From assembly GCF_022846255.1 (NCBI RefSeq), contig NZ_AP025682.1: DNA of 64,000 nucleotides, one strand, 5' to 3'. Every line of letters begins with the position of its first letter. The stretch's first letter is position 1. Shown here one piece after another: positions 45,154 through 54,958 of this stretch. Origin of the DNA: Escherichia coli. Lineage in GTDB: Bacteria > Pseudomonadota > Gammaproteobacteria > Enterobacterales > Enterobacteriaceae. Both the position numbers and the translations under genes were made by a program. The notes below the pieces were generated by a model. The model was not told the DNA's origin and did not search any database. It saw nothing but the letters and a program-made list of their open reading frames with translations.

Positions 45154-45693
45154 TTACTGATAGGTTAAAGAGAACCAGGCCTGGGCATTGGCGATGCCGC
45201 CAGTAACCCGACGCCCGGTAGCACGATATTTGGCGATGAAATGTAGCGAAGTAGAGCCTGAGTAAAGCCGTTTCCAGTTTACTGGAGGACGATTAATCGG
45301 TACGAGGTTTCCTTCATCATCAAACAACGCTACGCCAATATTGGTGGCTATCCCTGGCCCCTCTCCCACGGAAAGCACATCCGGATTTTTACCATCCGCG
45401 ACACCGTGAAACGCCACACCCACACGTTCACTCACCACCGTGCTACATTCCCGTAAATGAATAACAAAAGGCACCGGTGAGCTATCTTCCCCTACCGCAT
45501 GAAACCGGTTACTGCTGATTTGCCCCATATTGACCGTCATTTGTTTATCACCGGCTTCAATCCGGCAAGCTTCCGCAATAATGACGCCCTGAAATTGCAT
45601 ATTTCCGCCGGGCAGCGTGGTATTCCATTTATTTCCGGCCAGAGCAAACATTGGCAGCAACGACGCTAACAGAAATAATCTCTTCCTTTTCAT
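45154..45693 (-). CDS. fimI: Fimbrin-like protein FimI
   Basis: Start placed at [19 protein letters not shown] (signal peptide); the track ORF extends upstream to 45825. Confidence 0.85.
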   Translation of the reverse strand: MKRKRLFLLASLLPMFALAGNKWNTTLPGGNMQFQGVIIAEACRIEAGDKQMTVNMGQISSNRFHAVGEDSSPVPFVIHLRECSTVVSERVGVAFHGVADGKNPDVLSVGEGPGIATNIGVALFDDEGNLVPINRPPVNWKRLYSGSTSLHFIAKYRATGRRVTGGIANAQAWFSLTYQ

Positions 45694-45757
45694 CGTTATT
45701 TTTATCGCACAAGGGTGGGCATCCCTGCCCGTAATGACGTCCCTGAACCTGGGTAGG

Positions 45758-46312
45758 TTATTGATACTGAACCTTGAAGGTCGCATCCGCATTAGCAGCA
45801 CCTGGGGTTGCAGCACCGGTTGCAAAATAACGCGCCTGGAACGGAATGGTGTTAGTACCGTTATTCAGGGTTGTTTCTGCACTAAATGTCGCACCGTCCA
45901 GCGTCAGCTCATTACCTGTTCTGTCCAGAATCTGCACGCCAACGTTTGTTGCGCTACCCGCAGCTGAACTCTGTAGAGCCAGGACTTTAGGATGAGTACT
46001 GTCAATCGCCGTCCCCAAGAAGGCAACAGCGGCTTTTGTGGCAACAGTGGTATCGCAATCATTCAGCTGAATGTTAAAACCGACAGCAGAGCTGGTTGCT
46101 CCAGCCTGCTTCAAAGTGGCGGTACGAACCTGGCCCAACTGAACGGTTTGATCAACAGAGCCTGCATCAACTGCGCAAGCGGCGTTAACAACTTCCCCTT
46201 TAAAGTGAACGGTCCCACCATTTACCGTCGTGGGTGTAGTATCAGCCAGAGCCGCTGTAGAACTCAGGGACAGAGCCGACAGAACAACAATTGCCAGAGT
46301 TTTAATTTTCAT
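45758..46312 (-). CDS. fimA: Type 1 fimbrial major subunit
   Basis: [23 protein letters not shown] signal peptide and conserved C-terminal ...[15 protein letters not shown]; the internal region is allelic relative to the K-12 sequence as I recall it. Confidence 0.95.
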   Translation of the reverse strand: MKIKTLAIVVLSALSLSSTAALADTTPTTVNGGTVHFKGEVVNAACAVDAGSVDQTVQLGQVRTATLKQAGATSSAVGFNIQLNDCDTTVATKAAVAFLGTAIDSTHPKVLALQSSAAGSATNVGVQILDRTGNELTLDGATFSAETTLNNGTNTIPFQARYFATGAATPGAANADATFKVQYQ

Positions 46313-46431
46313 ACTGCTTTCCTTTCAAAAAACTATTTCTAAATCGACATGGGCAGTCGTTCTGTACACTTTGTTTTGTCAACGAGTTTGACTGCCAACA
46401 CTGCACAGTTTTCCCCCAAAAGATGAAACAT

Positions 46432-46745
46432 TTGGGGCCATTTTGACTCATAGAGGAAAGCATCGCGCACAAACTTTTTCAGTTTATTTGTTGGCTTAAT
46501 GTTCTATGGTTATCTTTATTTGCAGTTTTTTATATTGCATGAGGTGGTTTTTGGAGAGAAGAATGAGGAAGTTGCGTCGAGCTACAGAAACGTTAGCTTT
46601 ACATATAGCGGAGGTGATGTGAAATTAATTTACAAGAGAAATAATTTACATATCAAACAGTTAGATGATTTTTGTCGTTTTTTAATATTTTTATGCTTGA
46701 GAAAAAATACGTAACTTATTTATGATATAGACAGTTTGGCCCCAA
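46432..46745. promoter_or_regulatory. fimS: fimS invertible element (314 bp) flanked by 9-bp inverted repeats TTGGGGCCA, carrying the fimA promoter; orientation as assembled appears phase-OFF
   Basis: IRs ttggggcca at 46432-46440 and tggccccaa at 46737-46745. The best sigma-70 promoter inside (TTGAGA 46697-46702, 18-bp spacer, TATGAT 46721-46726) is on the + strand and reads toward fimE, away from fimA. Confidence 0.8.
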
Positions 46746-46792
46746 TTGTCTTGTATTTATTTATTTTTTAAGTTTATTATCAATAAGTTAAA

Positions 46793-47389
46793 TCAAACTT
46801 CTTCTCTTTTTAATTTTTCGTTTATGAGATTATTTCTTTCCCATAATCCGGCAAAACGAGCAGCATTACTGGCGGTATAACGCACAGTATGGCGAATATT
46901 TCGATGCCCGAGATAATCCTGAATTAAACGGGTATCTGCACCACGCTCCGCCAGTTCATAACCGCAAGCATGCCTTAACATATGAGGATGAGTCTGCGTT
47001 ACGGTTCCAGCTTCAATACCGGCATCGCGAATAATGCGATAGGCCTGCTGGCGAGAAAGCCGACTCCCGCGGCGAGAAATAAATATAGCGTCGGTCCGGT
47101 CAGCACCTTTCCAGTTAGCACGTTCCTGGGTCCAGCGTTCCACAGCTTCACGCTCATCAAAACGTAACGGGTGAACGGTAGAAAATCCGTTCTTCAGTCG
47201 GCGAATATTTATTCGACCTTCATTAAGGTCAAGATCCTGATAATGCAGATCAAGCAGTTCACTAATACGCATCCCATGCCGATATGCCAACAGAATAAGA
47301 CAATAATCTCTGGCTCCCGTTGCCCCGTAACACACCGCCTGCATCATGGCCTGAACTTCTTTACCGGTAAGATAACGACGTTTACTCAC
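46793..47389 (-). CDS. fimE: Tyrosine site-specific recombinase (ON-to-OFF inversion of fimS)
   Basis: 198-aa lambda-integrase-family recombinase adjacent to fimS. Confidence 0.95.
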   Translation of the reverse strand: MSKRRYLTGKEVQAMMQAVCYGATGARDYCLILLAYRHGMRISELLDLHYQDLDLNEGRINIRRLKNGFSTVHPLRFDEREAVERWTQERANWKGADRTDAIFISRRGSRLSRQQAYRIIRDAGIEAGTVTQTHPHMLRHACGYELAERGADTRLIQDYLGHRNIRHTVRYTASNAARFAGLWERNNLINEKLKREEV

Positions 47390-47866
47390 AATAGTAGTAC
47401 TCCTGACTGAGATATATTTGAATGAATACCTATAGGAAACCTCAATCGGTCAAAATTAGCCCAATAGATAAAAAGATAACCACACACGAAGTGATGTGGC
47501 TATCAGTCAATTACATTAAATATCATACAAAAATAAAATATCACTGATGTGACAACATCTATTTTCATTGATTTGATTCAATATAACAATAGATTGCAGT
47601 GGATTAACTTCCAGTTGCTTAAAAAATAAAGAAAAAAGTATGAAAACAGGCGAATTTAAGTGATGTGTAAATTTATGAATGATTTTGTTTATTTATTTTG
47701 AAGAACATAAACCATTGTATTTTGTATGGATATGGTTAACTTAATGTTTATTATGATAATTAAGAATCATACTTACAATAACATCAATTAATAAATGGTT
47801 AATCATTTTTGATATATCGTAAGAATAATGTAGTTTTTAACACCATCCCTGGTATCTCAACTATCT

Positions 47867-48469
47867 CTATAAAACAGCGTGACGCTGTCGTCCTCTGGCT
47901 CTATCCCAGATGCCGTAAAAACGCCCTGCATTGCTGGCGGTATACCAGACAGTATGACGAATATTGCGATGTCCAAGATAATCCTGGATAAGTCGCGTAT
48001 CTATTCCCATATTCGCCAAAGCAAAACCACACGAATGGCGTAACATGTGCGGATGAATCTCCAGTGACAACCCGGCATTACCACCGGAAGTCGAGATAAT
48101 ATGGTAAAACTGTTGCCGAGAAAGTGGATTCCCCTTACGTGATAAAAATACCCACTCGCTCTCAGCATGCGGATAAGAAGTACGGATACTCAACCAGTTT
48201 TTTAAAGCCTGAATTTCTTTGTTCAATAGCGGGTGCGTTGTTGAAAAGCCTTTTTTTAATCGATGGATATATATACACTTTGCCTTAAGATCAATATCCG
48301 AAATCCTCAATCGGCAAATTTCACTCGCCCGGAAACCATGAATAAAACAAAGTAATGTCAGACAATAATTACGTGCAGCATGAGGCCCGGTATTTGCTGC
48401 TTTAAGGAGTGATTCGATTTCACTATGGGTCAGGAAGTTCCTTTTTTTGTTATCAGCCTTATTCTTCAT
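47867..48469 (-). CDS. fimB: Tyrosine site-specific recombinase (bidirectional fimS inversion)
   Basis: 200-aa paralogue of FimE. Confidence 0.95.
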   Translation of the reverse strand: MKNKADNKKRNFLTHSEIESLLKAANTGPHAARNYCLTLLCFIHGFRASEICRLRISDIDLKAKCIYIHRLKKGFSTTHPLLNKEIQALKNWLSIRTSYPHAESEWVFLSRKGNPLSRQQFYHIISTSGGNAGLSLEIHPHMLRHSCGFALANMGIDTRLIQDYLGHRNIRHTVWYTASNAGRFYGIWDRARGRQRHAVL

Positions 48470-49494
48470 CGTTTTCCCTTATAATTACAGACGCGCACTA
48501 GCTGTGCTGGGTTAGCAATAATCCAACATTTTAATCCTGATTATGTTTATAAAAGCGAACGTTTGCTTAATAACTAACGTAAGTGGACCAGTTCTTCTGA
48601 GTGAACTTAAATGGAGTAGCGATAGTTACTTATAATAACTTTGCCATACAAACGCCATGCTCTTGCATGCTATGTATCTTTATATATTTATCAATCTGAT
48701 ACGAATCGAATAATAACCCTCATCATTAATGCAACTAATCTTATCTATATATCATGTGATATGTTCTGTAACAAGTAAAATCAACATAAAAAATTCAGCA
48801 AAATTTAATATTTGTTCAACTAGCCGTCTCACATATGACATTATTAGTCAACTGCATTTGCCACAAAATGGCTATTTCATGGAACACAGTAATTTCTTAG
48901 TGGCTATTATCATGCTAATGCTTAGGTCCCTAGCGATTATTCCTGCCTGGTTCGTCAGCTTACGCCATGAGATTGTTACATTCCTTTTTCAGACTGTGTA
49001 TTTCCTGGAGATATGGGGGAACGCAGGAGACGCTTTTTCATCTACATTCGTTGGTAAATATGGCTTTGGTCACTGCGACTTAAACCTTCCTCAATCACAG
49101 CTATTCGCCGGGCGATACGGCAAACAAACTATCTGAAACATCATCCTGAAAACACCAACATCTACAAGCCTTTCCAGATCGACTTCAGGGATGACCACTT
49201 ACAAGCCAAAAACCAGGAAACATATTTCATGATGAGAATTATGATCAGCCTGATGGCGGGTAAACACTTATTTTCACCACGCTCACTGAGTTAGCTTGCA
49301 AAGCTTCCCTTGTTTAGACCCTAAATAAATCATTTATAAAACAAATAGTTAAAAGAATGCCTTTAGTTTTTGAAGACCACCTCAAGTGTTCGTCTGGCTT
49401 CACATGGCATCTTCCTCTTAGAAAAAGATCGACATATTTTGTGACACGAATTGCAAATCTCGTTTTGTTGTATGGATTGCGTGATTTTTGATCT

Positions 49495-49509
49495 GGTATA
49501 ACAGGTATA
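49495..49509. promoter_or_regulatory. NanR-type operator: tandem GGTATA repeats (GGTATAACAGGTATA) in the fimB-nanC intergenic region
   Basis: Two exact GGTATA hexamers spaced by 3 nt, followed by a degenerate third (GGTGCA); NanR is known to bind GGTATA repeats controlling nanC and fimB. Confidence 0.55.
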
Positions 49510-49933
49510 AAGGTGCACCGCGATAGTCAATGAGACAGGGCATCTCGCAATCTATGGCAAACATCACTTCAGTTCTTTCTCATCGGGTGATGAAAACGCA
49601 CTTCAGTCTGAAAGGAATATGAAAATGAGATCAACAGACACTCTATTTTATGACTCTGGGTAAAATGGATTGAGTAAGTGATATAGCTTACAAACATTCA
49701 AATCAATTAAACATCAGAAGAGATTTTATACTCAGGTATTTAATCTGGTTCTCTGTTTATTTAAATAATGTGGAAAGAGAATTTTCACAGGAGACCTTAT
49801 ACAAAAAATATAAAATACAGCTACTCGTTGCCAAAGACACTATAAGCCTGGCAAAAAATATTACACAACATAAATGCTAATTGTTTATGCGGGCTTTGTA
49901 TTGCTTTCTGTATCCTACAAATGAGTGAAATAT

Positions 49934-50650
49934 ATGAAAAAGGCTAAAATACTTTCTGGCGCATTATTACTGTGCTTTTCGTCACCACTGATTTCTCAGG
50001 CTGCGACACTGGACGTACGTGGTGGATATCGTAGTGGAAGCCACGCCTATGAGACTCGACTCAAAGTCAGTGAGGGATGGCAAAATGGATGGTGGGCAAG
50101 TATGGAAAGTAATACCTGGAATACCATTCATGATAATAAAAAGGAAAATGCCGCACTCAATGATGTTCAGGTGGAAGTTAATTACGCGATTAAACTTGAT
50201 GATCAATGGACGGTGCGCCCGGGAATGTTAACGCATTTTAGCAGCAACGGCACACGCTACGGACCCTACGTAAAACTGTCCTGGGACGCGACAAAAGATC
50301 TTAATTTTGGCATTCGCTATCGTTACGACTGGAAAGCTTACCGACAACAAGACTTATCCGGTGATATGTCTCGTGATAACGTTCATCGTTGGGATGGATA
50401 TGTCACTTACCATATTAATAGTGATTTCACCTTCGCATGGCAAACGACGCTATACAGCAAACAGAACGATTATCGCTATGCAAACCATAAGAAATGGGCG
50501 ACGGAAAATGCATTTGTTCTACAATACCATATGACGCCCGATATTACGCCATACATAGAATATGACTACCTTGACCGTCAGGGTGTTTACAACGGCAGAG
50601 ATAATTTATCGGAAAACAGTTATCGCATTGGTGTGTCATTTAAACTGTAG
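49934..50650 (+). CDS. nanC: N-acetylneuraminic acid outer-membrane channel (KdgM-family porin)
   Basis: Signal peptide MKKAKILSGALLLCFSSPLISQA and beta-barrel-like sequence; an alternative GTG start at 49925. Confidence 0.9.
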   Translation: MKKAKILSGALLLCFSSPLISQAATLDVRGGYRSGSHAYETRLKVSEGWQNGWWASMESNTWNTIHDNKKENAALNDVQVEVNYAIKLDDQWTVRPGMLTHFSSNGTRYGPYVKLSWDATKDLNFGIRYRYDWKAYRQQDLSGDMSRDNVHRWDGYVTYHINSDFTFAWQTTLYSKQNDYRYANHKKWATENAFVLQYHMTPDITPYIEYDYLDRQGVYNGRDNLSENSYRIGVSFKL

Positions 50651-50669
50651 TAGACAGGAGACAGTCACA

Positions 50670-51776
50670 ATGAATAAAACAATAACAGCGCTTGCTATCC
50701 TAATGGCTTCATTTGCCGCAAACGCGTCTGTATTACCGGAAACTCCTGTGCCATTTAAAAGTGGTACCGGAGTAATTGATAACGACACTGTCTACATTGG
50801 TTTAGGTAGCGCTGGTACGGCATGGTACAAGCTGGATACACAGGCCAAAGATAAAAAATGGACAGCGTTAGCTGCATTCCCTGGCGGACCGAGAGATCAA
50901 GCAACCTCTGCATTTATTGATGGCAATCTGTATGTGTTTGGCGGCATTGGCAAAAACAGCGAGGGCTTGACTCAGGTATTTAATGACGTACACAAATACA
51001 ACCCCAAAACCAATAGCTGGGTTAAATTGATGTCGCACGCGCCGATGGGCATGGCGGGCCATGTGACTTTTGTACACAACGGCAAGGCTTATGTTACTGG
51101 CGGTGTTAACCAGAATATCTTCAATGGCTATTTTGAAGATCTCAACGAAGCTGGAAAAGATTCAACCACTATAGATAAAATCAACGCCCACTATTTTGAC
51201 AAAAAAGCAGAAGATTATTTCTTCAATAAGTTTCTGTTGTCTTTTGATCCCTCTACACAGCAATGGAGTTACGCTGGCGAATCTCCCTGGTACGGAACGG
51301 CTGGTGCGGCGGTTGTGAATAAAGGTGATAAAACCTGGCTTATTAATGGCGAAGCCAAACCAGGATTGCGAACGGATGCCGTATTTGAACTTGATTTCAC
51401 CGGTAATAATTTAAAATGGAATAAGCTTGCTCCCGTCGCATCACCAGATGGCGTCGCTGGCGGTTTTGCAGGCATGAGCAATGACTCACTTATATTTGCC
51501 GGAGGGGCCGGATTCAAAGGTTCACGAGAAAATTACCAGAACGGTAAGAACTATGCGCATGAAGGCCTGAAAAAATCATATAGCGCTGATATTCATCTTT
51601 GGCATAACGGGAAATGGGATAAATCAGGCGAATTATCGCAAGGTCGGGCCTACGGAGTATCATTGCCCTGGAATAATAGTTTATTAATTATTGGCGGTGA
51701 AACTGCAGGCGGCAAAGCGGTGACGGATTCAGTTTTGATTTCTGTGAAGGATAATAAAGTCACAGTACAAAACTAA
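50670..51776 (+). CDS. nanM: N-acetylneuraminate mutarotase (Kelch-repeat beta-propeller)
   Basis: ATG at 50670 with an aggaga SD; signal peptide MNKTITALAILMASFAANA; the track ORF extends upstream to 50562. Confidence 0.9.
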   Translation: MNKTITALAILMASFAANASVLPETPVPFKSGTGVIDNDTVYIGLGSAGTAWYKLDTQAKDKKWTALAAFPGGPRDQATSAFIDGNLYVFGGIGKNSEGLTQVFNDVHKYNPKTNSWVKLMSHAPMGMAGHVTFVHNGKAYVTGGVNQNIFNGYFEDLNEAGKDSTTIDKINAHYFDKKAEDYFFNKFLLSFDPSTQQWSYAGESPWYGTAGAAVVNKGDKTWLINGEAKPGLRTDAVFELDFTGNNLKWNKLAPVASPDGVAGGFAGMSNDSLIFAGGAGFKGSRENYQNGKNYAHEGLKKSYSADIHLWHNGKWDKSGELSQGRAYGVSLPWNNSLLIIGGETAGGKAVTDSVLISVKDNKVTVQN

Positions 51777-51840
51777 CGCTTCAGGGCCCCGGTAAAGGGG
51801 CCCTGCTATCAATTTGTCATTTGTATTACGCGAAAATTAT

Positions 51841-52821
51841 ATGAACGCAATAATATCGCCCGATTATTACTATGTTCTTACCGTTGCTGGTCAGTCTAAT
51901 GCCATGGCGTATGGCGAAGGACTACCATTACCGGACAAGGAAGATGCGCCTCATCCCAGAATTAAACAATTAGCGAGATTTGCGCATACACATCCCGGAG
52001 GCCCGTCATGTCACTTTAACGACATTATTCCACTGACTCACTGCCCACACGATGTTCAGGATATGCAGGGTTATCACCATCCTCTGGCAACGAATCATCA
52101 AACACAGTACGGCACCGTTGGCCAGGCACTGCATATAGCACGGAAATTACTGCCCTTTATTCCTGATAATGCAGGGGTTCTCATCGTTCCGTGTTGCCGT
52201 GGCGGATCGGCTTTTACCGCGGGCAGCGAAGGGACATATTCAGAACGGCACGGAGCCAGCCATGATGCTTGTCGTTGGGGAACGGATACTCCGCTGTACC
52301 AAGATTTAGTCAGCAGAACGCGAGTCGCACTGGCAAAAAATCCGCAGAACAAATTCCTCGGCGTATGCTGGATGCAAGGCGAATTTGACTTAATGACCAG
52401 TGACTACGCGTCACACCCTCAACACTTTAATCATATGGTTGACGCCTTTCGTAGGGATCTAAAACAATACCATTCTCAGCTTAATAAAATTACTGACGCG
52501 CCGTGGTTTTGCGGCGATACCACCTGGTACTGGAAAGAAAATTTCCCTCATGCGTATGAAGCTATTTATGGCAATTATCAAAATAATGTTTTAGCCAATA
52601 TTATTTTCGTCGACTTCCAGCAACAAGGTGCAAGAGGACTGACGAACGCGCCTGATGAAGATCCAGACGATTTAAGCACGGGATATTACGGTTCAGCGTA
52701 CCGGTCACCGGAGAACTGGACGACGGCACTGCGAAGCAGTCATTTCAGCGCGGCAGCCCGTCGGGGGATTATTTCTGACAGGTTTGTAGAAGCAATTTTG
52801 CAGTTTTGGCGCGAAAGGTGA
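51841..52821 (+). CDS. nanS: 9-O-acetyl-N-acetylneuraminate esterase
   Basis: Product begins MNAIISPDYYYVLTVAGQSNAMAYGEG... (SGNH-like esterase motif). Confidence 0.9.
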   Translation: MNAIISPDYYYVLTVAGQSNAMAYGEGLPLPDKEDAPHPRIKQLARFAHTHPGGPSCHFNDIIPLTHCPHDVQDMQGYHHPLATNHQTQYGTVGQALHIARKLLPFIPDNAGVLIVPCCRGGSAFTAGSEGTYSERHGASHDACRWGTDTPLYQDLVSRTRVALAKNPQNKFLGVCWMQGEFDLMTSDYASHPQHFNHMVDAFRRDLKQYHSQLNKITDAPWFCGDTTWYWKENFPHAYEAIYGNYQNNVLANIIFVDFQQQGARGLTNAPDEDPDDLSTGYYGSAYRSPENWTTALRSSHFSAAARRGIISDRFVEAILQFWRER

Positions 52822-52874
52822 GCGTTCATTAATTTGATTTATTCGCATCCATCAACGCTTTTAACTGCTCCGGC

Positions 52875-53626
52875 GTGCGGCACTATAATGGTTTTCACAA
52901 CAAGGAGCCATTTTCTTATACCACTTTCAGAGACCATCCGCTTATGCCACCGCCCTCTACGCAACTGTTTGCAGAGCACCTTCCCACCGAGTGGATACAG
53001 CACCTCCTGACGCTTTCTGCTCATGCGACCATTTGTCGTCTTAACCTGAGCGCGGATGGCGAAGCGGGGATTAGCCTGCTGGCCCGCAGCGCTGTCACCC
53101 AGGAGCGCCAGCGCGTGGGGGCCCCCTGGTGGAATGGCTCTTCCGCCAGACCGCACAGACATGGGGCGCGGAACGTTACCTGAAGGATGACTGGCACGGC
53201 CTGCAACTTTTTGCCATTGATGGCGCACAGTTCAGGACACCTATGAACCTGAGTTGCGCGAATATTATGGCTCTGCCAACACATCCACTGAGCGGCAGAG
53301 CGCCTACCCGGTCATGCGTCTGGTGGCGTTAATGAATCTGGGAATCACATTCTGCTGAATGCCATGACCTCGGCCTACCGGCGGAGCGATACAGCGTGAG
53401 GCAACTAAAGCGGCGTCAGAAATCAGCTTTAAGTTCGCATTCCAGTTTATCGTGACAGAAATGATAGTGCAGGGAAATACGGCGTCACCAGGAACCATCC
53501 CGAAACGGCTGGAGCATCTGCGGGGTGCTCTGGAAGCGGTGTTCCCACGACTATCAAGGCCGAGGGCTGTTAAGGTATCAAAAACCCGTTATCCGGTGAA
53601 ACACAGTGCCGCCCCGCTTAAGTGAC
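52875..53626 (+). mobile_element. Degenerate IS4-family transposase remnant (frameshifted, internally deleted; no intact DDE core)
   Basis: Three frames carry stretches resembling the IS4 transposase N- and C-terminal regions (SAVTQERQRVG; TAQTWG...LQLFAIDGAQFRTP; AYPVMRLVALMNL; AVFPRLSRPRAVKVSKTRYPVK), interrupted by stops. The comparison is from memory of IS4 InsG. Confidence 0.55.
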
Positions 53627-53794
53627 GGCATTGTGTTTCTGACTGGCCTTAACTTTCCCTGAATCTCTGACGATCCTCACCATTGATATTTTCTTCATTC
53701 CTCACCAGAGAAATAAAAAATCACTATACTCATCAAAATATGAGATTACATTTATTCAGGCGATCACCTTACTATTTTATACGGAAAATAAATC

Positions 53795-54445
53795 ATGAAT
53801 ATCCGTCAATCATTACATGACCGAATCTATGCAGAATACCCTCAACAGGCTAAAGATATATTACTGTATTTCCCCACTTATGAAATTATGCCATCGACCA
53901 TAAAAATGGTTATGATTAATGAGGTGGTAGCTATAACACCGCAAGAAGATTTTTATACACCAGAGTCTGGTTATTTTACGACTGTCGCCCGACAGTTAGC
54001 GCTGGCTGGATTATCGGCAAGTAGTGGCGAAGTCTTACTCAACCATGGTATCTACCTGACCTCCGCACTGAAACTACCTAAAACACAGATCACAGCCACA
54101 CCCGCGGAGATCATTCTCTGGTCACCTATTGTAGAATGGGAGCTCGAACTCTTTGCCAATATAAAAGTTATTTTCGTTGGCGGCGATATCGCGCGAAAAT
54201 GCCTTAACATCATCGCGAAAAAGCAAACACGTAAACATGCCATCCCTTCAACTCCGACGTACAAACTGATGAATAGCGAATTAGTCTGGAAAGGAATAAG
54301 CATACTTCCTGGATATATTCTTACCGGAAAAAACCTGCTCATTGAAAAGTCAAAAATCGAAATGAATGTCGAACAATTAAGAAAAGGAATTGCGATTTAT
54401 CGCAATAGTAACAGTAACCATACGAATAATTCAGTTCATGAATAA
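53795..54445 (+). CDS. Hypothetical protein (216 aa) in an AT-rich islet; possible distant uracil-DNA-glycosylase-like fold
   Basis: ATG at 53795; clean 216-codon ORF in a markedly AT-rich segment between the IS4 remnant and the helicase operon. The order of conserved-looking blocks is reminiscent of UDG-superfamily topology but without a canonical GEGPG motif. Confidence 0.5.
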   Translation: MNIRQSLHDRIYAEYPQQAKDILLYFPTYEIMPSTIKMVMINEVVAITPQEDFYTPESGYFTTVARQLALAGLSASSGEVLLNHGIYLTSALKLPKTQITATPAEIILWSPIVEWELELFANIKVIFVGGDIARKCLNIIAKKQTRKHAIPSTPTYKLMNSELVWKGISILPGYILTGKNLLIEKSKIEMNVEQLRKGIAIYRNSNSNHTNNSVHE

Positions 54446-54958
54446 GAGATGAATCATTAATAACAAGAAATCACTGACAAACCACCTGTAAAAGGTCAAT
54501 CATTTTAGTTCAATTTCCTTTGTCATGATTATATTTTTATCGTCCTGACGATACTATTAACAATTACAATATTTATACCCTCCCCTGAACAAACAGAAAA
54601 GAACTCATACATTCGTTTATAATTCTGGTAATCCTGGCATCATACGTTTAAAATTTAAGGTGTTTGTTTTATAATCATGATTCCAAAGACTATTGGTCAC
54701 CAGAAAATGCCAGCCTTTTCGTGCCAGCTATATTTGTCCAGTGTGTTACCCCATCCAAAAATCATCCACATCCTGATGTTACGTTAGATATAGAGAAAAC
54801 AGGTTGTACTGTGCAATATGCTAACCGCATAAGCGAATATAATTTCTAAGCTGATATTGTCTGGCTGTTGGGAGCTAAACAATATAAATATCGCCAGTTG
54901 CCAGAACGGTTATATAGACCAGGAGCGTTTCGGCTCCTGGTCTGTTTCGGACATATTA

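Noticed and set aside
48729-49136. 135-codon ORF in the fimB-nanC intergenic region
   Set aside because: AT-rich regulatory DNA; odd composition and no SD; more likely non-coding.
54664-54849. 61-codon ORF in the AT-rich gap before the UvrD-like helicase
   Set aside because: No SD or conserved features; could be noise in AT-rich DNA.
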